64,000 bases of DNA from a virus. Taxonomy: Duplodnaviria > Caudoviricetes. Below are positions 43,026-53,519 of the stretch, piece after piece. Positions within the stretch are counted from its first letter, which is position 1. Every line of letters starts with the position of its first letter. The translations under genes were made by a program, and so were the position numbers. The stretch lies in the IMG/VR virus record IMGVR_UViG_2710264778_000001, positions 128,001-192,000 of that record; one strand, written 5' to 3'. The notes under the pieces were generated by a model. It searched no databases. It was given only the letters and a program-made list of their open reading frames with translations, and was not told the origin of the DNA.

Positions 43026-43269
43026 TATGATCTAGCTCACTTTCATTTGAATTGCTAGACATATTGTCAATTTTTATAATTAAATCTACTATAGGTGAAA
43101 ATACAAATACTATCCAGTAGTATGTCATAAGAATTTTTCTATTTTTAGTATGTAGTTTTTGTCCTATTAAAAAAGTAAATGAACCTAAAAGTGAGTAAAT
43201 TAGAATTATATATAATATTATTATCATTTTAAATCTCTCCCCATATTTTATTAATTGAAATTTACCCAC
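43018..43269 (-). CDS. Small membrane protein
   Basis: Two hydrophobic segments. Confidence 0.45.
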   Translation of the reverse strand: MGKFQLIKYGERFKMIIILYIILIYSLLGSFTFLIGQKLHTKNRKILMTYYWIVFVFSPIVDLIIKIDNMSSNSNESELDHNE

Positions 43270-43302
43270 TTTCTACTCTTTTGTTATTGTTTTATTTTAT
43301 TA

Positions 43303-43560
43303 TTAATCTTTTAATAAATCTTTCATTTTTGTTTCCATTATCTCTATGTTTTTCTCTAGTGTTTCAATGTATTGAGTTATTAAATTTGTAGAATCAAATA
43401 GATGTGTTCCAATATATAAATCTTTATCTTTTTCATATGATTTTAACTGAGTGTTCATTTCTTCCAATAATTTAGATTGTATTTTGATTAATTTCATTAT
43501 TCTTTTGTGAGTTTTTATGCTTGTATACATTAATTTAAGCATAGTAATAAACTTATTCAT
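43303..43560 (-). CDS. Hypothetical protein
   Basis: AGGAG RBS. Confidence 0.5.
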   Translation of the reverse strand: MNKFITMLKLMYTSIKTHKRIMKLIKIQSKLLEEMNTQLKSYEKDKDLYIGTHLFDSTNLITQYIETLEKNIEIMETKMKDLLKD

Positions 43561-43663
43561 AATCTACTCCTTTCTATAACTTAGTTATAATTTATCTATA
43601 AGTAGTTAAATGTATGATTTTAACTAGTTTTTATAGTTTGGGAGGCTAGTAATAGCCCCATTC

Positions 43664-44302
43664 TTATTTGCCACTAGAACCTCTATTACCTTCTCCTCTT
43701 TTAGATGGTATTGATTTTAATTCTTCTAATGAAATTTCTTTAACATTCATTTTAGGGACAGGTAAAACAACAGCTTGACATATAGCTTTTTCATATGGAT
43801 ATATAATATGATCTAAGGATAAGTCATCAATTAATTCTTCATTCTCTTTTTTAATTATTGCTATAGGATTATTAGTTGTATTTGTTATAGGAACGAACCA
43901 CTCTCCTCTATATCCTGAATCAATAACACCACATCTTTGAGCAATACCTTTTGTTCCTGTAGAACCCCTCTCTTTTAATACAATTGCATAATCTTCACTA
44001 CAAGCACTACAAATTCCTGTAGGTATCATTTTAGTTTCATGAGGATTAATTAACATATATTCTTCATGAAAATCTGCATATATATCATAACCCATGTTTT
44101 CTTCATCTTTAGTTGGTATTTTAGCAGTTTCACTTGTTTTTGCAAATATCAAAGTATTTCCTAATCCTTGATTTAAAATTTCTGTCTTCATGTGTTCTAA
44201 TGTTTCTTTATTATTGAAATCCATTGTGTATCCTACTTCCATGTCAATTCCTCCATTAATTTTAGTATTTACTATTGTGTTGTTGTCTCCTATATTTATC
44301 AT
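43664..44302 (-). CDS. dut: Trimeric dUTPase
   Basis: 'GYDIYA','ERGSTG','GVIDSGYRGE','RGEGNRGSSG'. Confidence 0.92.
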   Translation of the reverse strand: MINIGDNNTIVNTKINGGIDMEVGYTMDFNNKETLEHMKTEILNQGLGNTLIFAKTSETAKIPTKDEENMGYDIYADFHEEYMLINPHETKMIPTGICSACSEDYAIVLKERGSTGTKGIAQRCGVIDSGYRGEWFVPITNTTNNPIAIIKKENEELIDDLSLDHIIYPYEKAICQAVVLPVPKMNVKEISLEELKSIPSKRGEGNRGSSGK

Positions 44303-44402
44303 TTATTTCTCTCCTTTAATTTTAATTTGTTTTATATTTTATTTTTATTCGTCTAACTAACTGCACTTGTGAACAAGTTCGTAAGTTAATTGATATTTTA
44401 CT

Positions 44403-44657
44403 TTATTTTATAATTAACTTATCTAAATCTTCTTCATCATAGTTATAAAATTCATCTACTATATGACCAATAAATCCAAATATATCTTCTATTGCTTGTT
44501 TAACTTTCTTTTCTTCATCTGTTGGCTGATATGTATTAATATCTACTTTATCTAATATCTTTTGGCCTGTTATAGCTAAGTCTGTTTTGAAAATATCTTT
44601 TACCTTAGTTATGGTGTCTTTTAATTCTGTAAGTTCTGTTAGTATTTTAGATTCCAT
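44403..44657 (-). CDS. Hypothetical protein
   Basis: AAGGAG RBS. Confidence 0.55.
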   Translation of the reverse strand: MESKILTELTELKDTITKVKDIFKTDLAITGQKILDKVDINTYQPTDEEKKVKQAIEDIFGFIGHIVDEFYNYDEEDLDKLIIK

Positions 44658-44878
44658 TATATTAATCTCCTTTTAGTAAAATATATAATTTTTATTTGAA
44701 CCTTCGGTAATAGAATCTCTTGATAATTTTTCATTTGGGTATTCAGAGTCCCCAAGTTCTATAGTATAATCTTGATTTAATGTTTTAAGATATTCTATTA
44801 ATTCTGCTACTGTCATTGCATCTTCCATTTATATTAACTCCTTTCCCAATGCTTTAAATTGTAGTTTTTATTGTCTTT

Positions 44879-45316
44879 TTATTCCCAATCTAAACTAGCA
44901 GTTTTCTCTTCAAACTCACCATCTTTAATGATAAATCTAAAATGTTCTCCGTCTTCACCACTAAATTGTAAAAATCCATCCTCACAATATGGAGCTATTA
45001 TTTTAAAGAATGTGTCATCATCACCATATTTTTCACCTAAGAAATCTGTTATTATGTAGAAATTATCTTCTTCTTTAATTTCATATCTTAAATCTGACCA
45101 AACATCTTCTATTGACATTAATTCATCTTCTTCATAATCATCGTCCCATGAATGGTCTTCTTTATCTGTCCCTAAGTCAATTTCATTAATATCAAATCCA
45201 TCTACCCAACGTAAAGTATTTGATTTAAAATAATCTGATAGTGTTTGTAGTATTATCTTCATATTTTCCTTTTTAATTTTTATAGTTCCTTCTTCATGAC
45301 TTATACAATATCCCAT
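44879..45316 (-). CDS. Highly acidic hypothetical protein
   Basis: Many D/E residues; 'GEDGEHFRF' motif. Confidence 0.55.
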   Translation of the reverse strand: MGYCISHEEGTIKIKKENMKIILQTLSDYFKSNTLRWVDGFDINEIDLGTDKEDHSWDDDYEEDELMSIEDVWSDLRYEIKEEDNFYIITDFLGEKYGDDDTFFKIIAPYCEDGFLQFSGEDGEHFRFIIKDGEFEEKTASLDWE

Positions 45317-45318
45317 AA

Positions 45319-45612
45319 CTAATTTTCCTCCTTGTTTAAAAATAATTTCTTTTCTTCATTTAAATTTAATTTATACTTTTTAACTATATAATCTAATAAT
45401 TCATCATTGTCAATTTTACTACCATTACAAAATGGACACATATGTTTAGGTACACTACCACCATTCCCATTTATAATATCAAACCAATCTTTACCTTCTG
45501 TATTTTCTATGCATTCGTCACACAAGCTTCTTCCACATTCCTCACATTCTGATACATACTCTTCATACCTTGCATCTCCACAACAATCACAACTATAATA
45601 ATCTACTGACAT
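45319..45612 (-). CDS. Cys-rich zinc-binding protein
   Basis: Four CxxC pairs. Confidence 0.6.
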   Translation of the reverse strand: MSVDYYSCDCCGDARYEEYVSECEECGRSLCDECIENTEGKDWFDIINGNGGSVPKHMCPFCNGSKIDNDELLDYIVKKYKLNLNEEKKLFLNKEEN

Positions 45613-45724
45613 TTTACATCTCTCCTCTTTCTTTTATTATTTAATTTATTTGTAATGTCATAAAATATTCTTTTGATTGACTTTTTTGTTTTAAGATAAG
45701 GGAATAAATCCCCTATCTATTAGC

Positions 45725-47116
45725 TTAATTTAAATCAACTTCATATTGATTGCTTGAACCATACATCGAATTTTCACATTTCTTATCTTTTTCAAACTTT
45801 CCACATATTAACTTATCAATATATTTTGTTTGTTCTAAATTTTTTATATCATTGTATTCATATCCAGTCCAAACAAAAATACTACAATCAGGAATTTCTT
45901 CTTTTACTGATTTTAATAAATCTAATAATTCTTCTCTATTATATGGTGCGAATGGTTCACCACCTAAAACTGATAAAGCCTTTCTTTCTTTACATAATTC
46001 TATTATTTTTTGTTTATTTAATTTAAATTCTGTATCATGTTTCCATAAAAATTGATTATGACAATCTTCACAATGGTGTGGGCATCCTGTAAACCATACT
46101 GATACTCTTAATCCTTCACCATTTAGTATTTCAAAATCGTGAATTCCTCGTTCAACTTCTCGTCCATAATGAACTTCTCTATCTTGATTTTCTTGTTCTT
46201 TTCCTTCATTTACTCTTGTATCACCATCAATAACATAATAAGAAAGATATCCACAAACTCTGTCAGTAACTATTATTTTTTTACTACCACAATGAGAACA
46301 ATGAGGATTTGTTTTATCATAATCAAGTATTTCTTTGCCACAATTCTCACAAATAGCTGAATCGAAGTTTACTCCTTCATATAATCCCATTTTCATAGCA
46401 TGTCTTGTAACTTGACTTATAGCTTTTATATTGTGATTTATAGGGTACTCGCTATAAAAAATGTGACCACCATTGCTTAAATCAAACATAGGTTTTTCTA
46501 TTTTCATTTTTTCAAATGGATCAATTTTAGCAGTAACATTTACATGAAAACTATTCATAAAATATTTTTTGTCAGTTATTCCTTTAACTTCACCAAAATG
46601 TTCAAATTCTTTATCTCTACAAGTTTCAGCATACTTTTCGGCAGGTGTTCCGTAAATTGCAAATAATAATCCATGTTTTTTGATGGCTTCATCTTTCCAC
46701 TTGTTTAAATGTTCTAAAACTTTGATAGAAAAACTGTTATCTTCATGTTCTTCTTTTCCAGTCATTAATAAATTCACTTCATTTAACCCTATATATCCAT
46801 ATGACCAAGTAAAAGTTCTTATTGCTTTTTCAATAGTTTCATCAGGTTTAAGTTTCATATGACATCCACCCTCACAAAAGAACAATGGATTTGAACTAGC
46901 TAAAACATTTTTCATTCTATTAAATTGCCATAAATGTCCTTCAGTTGCTAAGTCAAAATACTTTTTAAGTTCTTTGAAATAAGCTTTTTCATCTCTTGTT
47001 TCTCTAAACATTAATGCTGGTCTTACTGTATTTAAAGTTATTGCACCACAATTTGCCCTTCCATTAAATACTGGGTTGCCATTTTCATCAAACCATACTG
47101 ATAAATAAGCTCTACA
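45725..47116 (-). CDS. nrdD: Anaerobic ribonucleotide reductase exon 2, fused in frame to the NrdG radical-SAM activase
   Basis: Catalytic 'CRAYL', 'TPAE', Zn CxxC pairs, glycyl motif RVCGYL, then 'NGEGLRVSVWFTGCPHHCEDCHN' and 'LGGEP'. Confidence 0.9.
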   Translation of the reverse strand, partial: CRAYLSVWFDENGNPVFNGRANCGAITLNTVRPALMFRETRDEKAYFKELKKYFDLATEGHLWQFNRMKNVLASSNPLFFCEGGCHMKLKPDETIEKAIRTFTWSYGYIGLNEVNLLMTGKEEHEDNSFSIKVLEHLNKWKDEAIKKHGLLFAIYGTPAEKYAETCRDKEFEHFGEVKGITDKKYFMNSFHVNVTAKIDPFEKMKIEKPMFDLSNGGHIFYSEYPINHNIKAISQVTRHAMKMGLYEGVNFDSAICENCGKEILDYDKTNPHCSHCGSKKIIVTDRVCGYLSYYVIDGDTRVNEGKEQENQDREVHYGREVERGIHDFEILNGEGLRVSVWFTGCPHHCEDCHNQFLWKHDTEFKLNKQKIIELCKERKALSVLGGEPFAPYNREELLDLLKSVKEEIPDCSIFVWTGYEYNDIKNLEQTKYIDKLICGKFEKDKKCENSMYGSSNQYEVDLN

Positions 47117-47383
47117 CACTTCATTCTATTATTTCTAATAGCGTGGACTATACCTTTATATACCTTTTAACAAGAGTTTATTTGTAGTTACTCTAAAGAT
47201 ATATACCTCACATTAAGCTAATTTAAATATAATTAACTTACACATATTGGTCTACAAAACCTTCTGTGAAGTCTCTACACCGTTGCTTTATTACTAAAGC
47301 CTTTAGGCTCGGTATTACCTTATCATAAGACTTAGGCTTCACCGATTTGAGTGAGGTTTTGTATGGGCAGTAGATTATATTCT
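47117..47383 (-). mobile_element. ORF-less group I intron in nrdD (267 nt)
   Basis: P1 ATGGGTAG/CTGCCCAT with U-G pair; P3 CCTCAC/GTGAGG; P7 GACT/AGTC ('AAGGTATAGTCC'); terminal G; splicing gives APMG-CRAYL. Confidence 0.9.
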
Positions 47384-48520
47384 ACCCATAGGTGCTAATG
47401 CATATCCATACTTTTTCCATATCTCTCCACAATAGCCTTCATCAAGAGAAAGAAAGTCAGGATAGTTTCTTTTACTTCTACATTTAATTGCTAAGTTGTA
47501 TAAATCTTCATTAATTCCACCTTCTCCATGTATTTCATCTCTATAAAAGAATACTATTTTAGGAAATATTGCAGTTTGATGGAGTTTACCACAACCTTTT
47601 AATCTAGTTTCCAATATTATTCTAGTAACAAATTTAGCCCAAAATGAAGTTCTATTTCCAAATGCTATTGTTTCAAATGGAACTTGCATATTAGAATTCG
47701 ATATAGAATTTAATCTAGTTTCTATTCCATTCCATCTTTTTCTAAAGGCACGTTCTACAAATTTCATTGCTAAATCTTTAATAGTTTCTTCATCTACTTT
47801 ATCTCCTAGTTGATTTTTATAATATGTAATTGATTTTTCATAAGATTTCTCAAGAACATCTTCTAATACATGGTCAATTTCATTTATTGTAAAGCCACCA
47901 TATTCTTGAGAGCTAGCTTCAAGCAAAACATCTGATAAAACACCTAAGTAAGCTTCTATGCTATCAGCATCATCATATAATAAACCATTTATTACTGGAT
48001 TATTGTCTATAACATTTTTCATATCAAATAAGCAACAATTTATACTTCCAAAATAACGATCTGCTAAATCATGAAATTTCATTTTATTATCTATATGTGC
48101 ATCTGCTAATTTTCTAGGTAATACATGGGTTAACATTTCATTTTGAATAAATGAGTCTAATATATGTCCTTTTTTGGTAGATATTAAATATGAATTTTTA
48201 TTTGCATTTTCTCTATTAGGTTTTGTTAATATGTTGTAAAATTCACTTCTTAATTCTTTATTTCTTTTGTATTCTTGTATTGCTCTATATCCTTCATAAG
48301 ATAATGCAATATCTTTATTTTTATTTTCTATAAGTAATAACACTACATTCTTTTCTATATTTACTACAGATGGTTCAATTTCGTTATTGATTAATTTCTC
48401 TTGGATTCTATTTGCTACTTTTTCAGCAATCTTGTCTGTTCCTCCAGCTTTTTGAATAGCTTCAACTATTCTTTGTTTATTGAAGTCTTGTTTTTCTCCT
48501 GTCCTTTTTGTAATTTGCAT
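47384..48520 (-). CDS. nrdD: Anaerobic ribonucleotide reductase exon 1 (N-terminal ATP cone)
   Basis: 'MQITKRTGEKQDFNKQRI' ATP cone; 'INCCL','SSQEYGG','IFPK','YPDF','APMG'. Confidence 0.92.
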
Positions 48521-48547
48521 TTGACCACTCTCTTTCTATTTTATAAT

Positions 48548-49744
48548 TTATTTATCATATTTTGTATTAGGTTTAACCAACACAAAACTAATAATCATTG
48601 CTATTGTATAAAGTATTAATAAAATATATAAAACATCATTGTAATTATGTGTTTTTGATATTATATAAGCACTTAATTGATTTCCTGTTATTCCTGCTAT
48701 AGCCCATGCTGATAACTCTAAACCATGAATTGTACTTATATTTTGCATACCATATCTATCTGATAGTAAGGTTGGCAGATTACTAAACCCACCGCCATAT
48801 CCAGCATTAACTACACAAAGTAGAATTATAACTAAAATTATTATTGAATTACTTATTGCATTTGTTAGTATAGTTGCTAATATGAAACCTATTGATAAGC
48901 CAAATATTAATTTATATATAGTATTTCTATCTTTTAGCTTGTCACCTATAGATGAGAAAACTAGTCTACCTCCAGCATTAAATATAGCTGATAATGAACT
49001 TGCAAATGCTATTGCTGTAAATCCCATATATGTATAAATGTCTTTTTCTTGTGCAATTAAAGCTAGTCCACATGTAATGTTTATATAAAACATGATCCAT
49101 ATTCCTATGAAAGTTTTATTCTTAATAATTGATAGTTTGTTAATTGGAATATATGTATCATTATCTTGATATTTTTTAGGCTTCTTTAATAATAAATGTC
49201 CTATAAACATTGATATAAAGTACATTCCACCTAATATATAAAACATATTATATATGGTTGTTATTTGTTGTAAGTATTGCATTATTGGACTTGCTATAAC
49301 TTTTGCTAAACCAAATCCCATTACTGCTATTCCTGTGGCTAATCCTTTATTTTCTTTAAACCAAATCATTAGTGTTTTTACTGGTGTTAAATATCCAATA
49401 CCTAATCCAATTCCCATTATCACGCCATATGAAATGTAAATGCCTATTAACGATTTAAAATATATTGATAAACCTGTTCCAAACATTCCTAGTGTAAATA
49501 ATATAGTTGCTAGTAGTGAAGATTTATGAATATCTTTTTCTACAAATTTACCACCAAAACTAGCTGACATACCTAAGAAAAATATTGCTATACTAAATGC
49601 CCATTCTACTGAATTAACACTTTGTCCTATGTAATTTGCTATATTACCTTTAAGTAAAGACCAACAATAAACTGTACCGATTGAACAATGAATTAGAAGG
49701 GCAGGTATTGCCCCATTAATCCATTTATTTTGATTTAATTTCAA
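48548..49744 (-). CDS. OFA-family (oxalate/formate antiporter-like) MFS transporter
   Basis: About 12 TM helices; 'IGTVYCWS','GIGLGIGYLTPV','GLATGIAVMGFG','FNAGGRL','GYGGGFS'. Confidence 0.85.
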   Translation of the reverse strand: MKLNQNKWINGAIPALLIHCSIGTVYCWSLLKGNIANYIGQSVNSVEWAFSIAIFFLGMSASFGGKFVEKDIHKSSLLATILFTLGMFGTGLSIYFKSLIGIYISYGVIMGIGLGIGYLTPVKTLMIWFKENKGLATGIAVMGFGLAKVIASPIMQYLQQITTIYNMFYILGGMYFISMFIGHLLLKKPKKYQDNDTYIPINKLSIIKNKTFIGIWIMFYINITCGLALIAQEKDIYTYMGFTAIAFASSLSAIFNAGGRLVFSSIGDKLKDRNTIYKLIFGLSIGFILATILTNAISNSIIILVIILLCVVNAGYGGGFSNLPTLLSDRYGMQNISTIHGLELSAWAIAGITGNQLSAYIISKTHNYNDVLYILLILYTIAMIISFVLVKPNTKYDK

Positions 49745-50036
49745 CTTATCACATTCTTTCTACTTAGTTATATTTTGTTTTATGTATTTAATCTTTCATT
49801 GTTTGTTCAAAAAACCATATAGCTGTTACGATTGACCCACAAATTGCAGTACTTCTTAAATTTGTAATGCTTTGACTTACAAATGAATCATATATTAAAT
49901 ACAACCAATAAGCACCACATATTAAATTAAAAACTTTCCATAGTCTTTGCATTTTAAATTGCTCCTTTATAAACTTAATTATATTTTATTTACATTTATT
50001 ATATTACCATCATAAGAATAATTTGTAAATAGGTAA

Positions 50037-50282
50037 TCATAATTTATTCTTTATTTCTTCTCTACTTCCACTCTTCCCACATTGAGTACAATGCATTTCA
50101 CTACTTCTCATTTCATATGTACTATCATACTCTATTGTGTATTCTCCCTTTTCATCTTTATGGTCACAATCATCTTGTAAATCTTTTATCTTTTCAGTTA
50201 TCTCTTTATTTACCTCATCTAATAAAGTTTTTCTTTTTAAATATAATCCCTTTAATTCCATTTCTATATCATTATTTTTCAT
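50037..50282 (-). CDS. Hypothetical Zn-binding protein
   Basis: CxH...CxxC. Confidence 0.5.
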   Translation of the reverse strand: MKNNDIEMELKGLYLKRKTLLDEVNKEITEKIKDLQDDCDHKDEKGEYTIEYDSTYEMRSSEMHCTQCGKSGSREEIKNKL

Positions 50283-50303
50283 AATATTATTTCTCCTTTT
50301 TAA

Positions 50304-50555
50304 TTAATTATATTTTCCACTACCATTACAACGAGGACAAGTCACCCAATCATCAGATGACTTATGATAAGGATCGCCACCATCATTACAAGGTTGATAA
50401 ATTTCTCCTTTTCCATAACATGAGGGACACGCATTTGATATTTTACATAAATCTTCTTTAGACTTGTTTAAGTTATTAATAATAATTTGTCTTTCTTTTA
50501 TTTCTTTTTGTAATGTTTCAATTGATTCATCCATTTTCTTAATTGTTGTTATCAT
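50304..50555 (-). CDS. DnaJ-type zinc-finger small protein
   Basis: CPSCYGKG and CPRCNGSG. Confidence 0.6.
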   Translation of the reverse strand: MITTIKKMDESIETLQKEIKERQIIINNLNKSKEDLCKISNACPSCYGKGEIYQPCNDGGDPYHKSSDDWVTCPRCNGSGKYN

Positions 50556-50773
50556 AATTATCTCTCCTTTTATATATCATATATTTTATTTACTTTCCCT
50601 TAAAATTAACATTTTAACAGGTTATCTGACCTCTGTAAGCTAGTAAACAAGCCATTCTTAAATTTAATTTTTATAAAAATTGACTAATTTTAAGAATTTG
50701 CTCTATAATCGCTTAGAAATCAATTTTTCTCAAAAATTCTGTTTTTAACAATTCTATATAATTATAGACGACT

Positions 50774-50980
50774 TTATTTATTATCTATAATCCACTGAAT
50801 AAACTTGAAAGCTCCTAAATTATATTTATCATATTCTTCTAGTTTAGCAAATTCAGAATAGTATTCCCAAAGTAATTTATCATTATCTTTCTTAATTTGT
50901 TTATTAATAAATCCAACCAAACTATTCCTATCATTTGTAATTTTTTCTTTATCTAATAGATCTTGCATTTGATTTCCCAT
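50774..50980 (-). CDS. Hypothetical protein
   Basis: ORF with RBS. Confidence 0.5.
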   Translation of the reverse strand: MGNQMQDLLDKEKITNDRNSLVGFINKQIKKDNDKLLWEYYSEFAKLEEYDKYNLGAFKFIQWIIDNK

Positions 50981-50996
50981 ATGTATTCACCATCCT

Positions 50997-51611
50997 TTAT
51001 AATAAGATCCATTTATCTGATTCTATAGTTTTTAAACTAAAAGCACATTCTTCGCTATCTTCATGGCAATATATTTTATCTCTTACAATATAATATGTAT
51101 ATTCTTCGAATTTTGCATCTCCTCCTTTACGCATATGTTCTTTTGCTGTCATAAAGTCAACATATTCGGTTTTATTTTTCAATTCTGTACAATAGTCATA
51201 TACTTCTTGAAGCCACTTAATTGTTTTATGAATATCATCGTATGTAAGAACACCATCTTCACAATTAATAATATATTCATTTGTTTTTAAATTTTTAATA
51301 AAATTATTTTCTGTAATATCTGAAAAATACATCTCATTAATTGGAGATTCTTTTAATTTCTCAAAAGTTAATTCTGATTTATTATTATAAGTATTTTCTT
51401 CTTTTTCATCTTCTTGAATACCTGAATCCCAACATTTTGTACAATTCTCGTTGAAATGTTCACACAGTTGTTCATCATCTTCAAACCCTTTAATTTTCAA
51501 ACTATATTCTCCATAAGGGCAACAATTTTCAATTAAATCTTCTTTACTCTCCCATTGGTTACACTTGGGTTCTTGTAAATTTTCACTCCAAGCTTTATCT
51601 ATTGCTTTCAT
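50997..51611 (-). CDS. Hypothetical protein
   Basis: AAGGAG RBS; Cys-rich N-terminus. Confidence 0.55.
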   Translation of the reverse strand: MKAIDKAWSENLQEPKCNQWESKEDLIENCCPYGEYSLKIKGFEDDEQLCEHFNENCTKCWDSGIQEDEKEENTYNNKSELTFEKLKESPINEMYFSDITENNFIKNLKTNEYIINCEDGVLTYDDIHKTIKWLQEVYDYCTELKNKTEYVDFMTAKEHMRKGGDAKFEEYTYYIVRDKIYCHEDSEECAFSLKTIESDKWILL

Positions 51612-51828
51612 ATTTTATAACTCCTTTATTAATTTATTTTTATATTTTATTTAAATCTATTCTTTTATTGTTTCTTGCATTCTTCATACATAAAATTTAA
51701 TATCCCTATTATAGCTATAAACTTTAAATAAGATATATCATTAGTAATTAGTATGCAAATAATAACTAGCACATCTAATATCAATGATATCTTTGTAGAT
51801 AATTTCATTATTTATATTCACCTTCTTT

Positions 51829-52407
51829 TTATTTTATTATTTGACCTTTAACTTTAATTTTACCCATCTTATTTACCCGATTATAGTATGTGCTATCACT
51901 TTCTCCATTTTCTTTTGGTACGAAAACATCTAACCTATAATCATTATTAAAATATTTATCAGAACCTCGATCTAAAACAGTAACTTCTCCCCAACCTTGT
52001 AATTTTATTTTTGTATTGATTTTATAATAATTTGAAGCCACTACACCATCAAACAATTTACTTCCTGTACTTGTAATACCTCCACATCCCGAATAATTTT
52101 CAATATCTAAATTTGAATAAAAGGTTAATTCAAACTCTTGCCATTCAGGTTCATTTTTCTTTTGTTCCTCTAACTCCTTTTCTTTTCTCATTTTTTCTTC
52201 CATCTTTTGTTTTTCAAATTCAATTTTATCTTTTTCTGTTTGTATTTCGAAATCAGTTTTTATCATTCCTAGTTTATTTGTTTGAAATACCGTTTTATTA
52301 CTACTTTCAACAACTTCTGTTGCTCTCCACGGTGTTTGTGCATTTACATTACAAGTTGTAAATAACAATGTTGTACTTAGTAAACACATAATCCTGTTTG
52401 TAAGCAT
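51829..52407 (-). CDS. Secreted 3D-domain protein (cell-wall lytic transglycosylase-like)
   Basis: Signal peptide; 'ELTFY','ITSTG','VLDRGS','RLDVFV'. Confidence 0.75.
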   Translation of the reverse strand: MLTNRIMCLLSTTLLFTTCNVNAQTPWRATEVVESSNKTVFQTNKLGMIKTDFEIQTEKDKIEFEKQKMEEKMRKEKELEEQKKNEPEWQEFELTFYSNLDIENYSGCGGITSTGSKLFDGVVASNYYKINTKIKLQGWGEVTVLDRGSDKYFNNDYRLDVFVPKENGESDSTYYNRVNKMGKIKVKGQIIK

Positions 52408-52431
52408 TCGATCACTCCTGTCTTATGTTCA

Positions 52432-53310
52432 CTATTTTATTAATTCTTTTTCGATAATTAATTTTATGTCCTCAGTTTTTTCAGAATATTCAATTGCATT
52501 AGTAGTTAATTGTTGTGTAGTTTCAGCTATTTGATCAACTGCTGAATTAGTATCTAGTATACTTTCATTAATTATATTAATGTTCTCACTTCTAGCTTCA
52601 TTTTCTTTATAGAATTTTTCTGCTTCTTGCTTACCTTCAAATGCTTTTGAACTAGTTTCATTAGCTTTAGTTAATAAGTCTTTTACAATGTTTTGAATTT
52701 CAATACTTGATGATTTTGCTTGTTCAGCTAATTTTCTTATCTCACTTGCAACAACAGCAAATCCTCTACCAGCTTCACCAGCTCTAGCACTTTCTATACT
52801 TGCATTTAATGATAATAAATTAGTTTGTTCAGCAATAGCATTTATAGCTTGTGTTGCTTTAGATATCTTTTTCATTTCCTCATTTAAATCATTTGTATTG
52901 TTATATGCATTAGAAATATTATTAACAAAGTTTTTCATTGATTCTCTGCTATTCTTAGCATTTTCTGAAGCTAAATTAACTTTTTCAGATATATGAGATA
53001 TTGAAGCATTTAACTCTTCAACCGTAGCATTGTATTCTTCTGACATTGAAGCATGTGTTGAAAGTGAAATATTCATTTCATCAATATCTTTTAATATATC
53101 GGTTAATAGTTTTTTATTATAAGTTTCAATATTTTTAGATATTGCTTTTTCTTTATCAAGTTCATTATGTAGATCATTATTTATAGTTTCTAATTTTTTA
53201 ATTTCATTATCCTTTTCTTTTCTAAGTTCTTCTAATCTTTGATTCATTTCTAATCTTATTGCTTTCTCAAGTTCCTTTAAACCTTTTTCATTTTTAAATA
53301 ACCCTCTCAT
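52432..53310 (-). CDS. Soluble methyl-accepting chemotaxis signalling-domain protein
   Basis: '[39 protein letters not shown]'; no TM; RBS before ATG 53310. Confidence 0.9.
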   Translation of the reverse strand: MRGLFKNEKGLKELEKAIRLEMNQRLEELRKEKDNEIKKLETINNDLHNELDKEKAISKNIETYNKKLLTDILKDIDEMNISLSTHASMSEEYNATVEELNASISHISEKVNLASENAKNSRESMKNFVNNISNAYNNTNDLNEEMKKISKATQAINAIAEQTNLLSLNASIESARAGEAGRGFAVVASEIRKLAEQAKSSSIEIQNIVKDLLTKANETSSKAFEGKQEAEKFYKENEARSENINIINESILDTNSAVDQIAETTQQLTTNAIEYSEKTEDIKLIIEKELIK

Positions 53311-53467
53311 ATTTAACACTCCTTTATTATTTTAATTTGGGTTGGCTTAGTATTCTGTCAACTCTAAATTGTCGGAATGTCATGATATTAATTAATTTTA
53401 TTATGTAATAATTATTATTAGTTGTATAAATAATATCACATTTTTTGTATTATTAGTATAAAATTCT

Positions 53468-53474
53468 TTCGACA
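53468..53474 (-). promoter_or_regulatory. Perfect Spo0A box upstream of the MCP-like gene
   Basis: TTCGACA (TGTCGAA on the - strand); a 7-mer can occur by chance. Confidence 0.4.
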
Positions 53475-53519
53475 TTTGGTAGATGTTATATTAGTAAATC
53501 TCTGGTTAAAATCTGCAAT

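Noticed and set aside
39877-50748. Further palindromic sites at about 39879, 44677 and 50732
   Set aside because: Degenerate arm or wrong spacer length; indistinguishable from AT-rich background, so not counted
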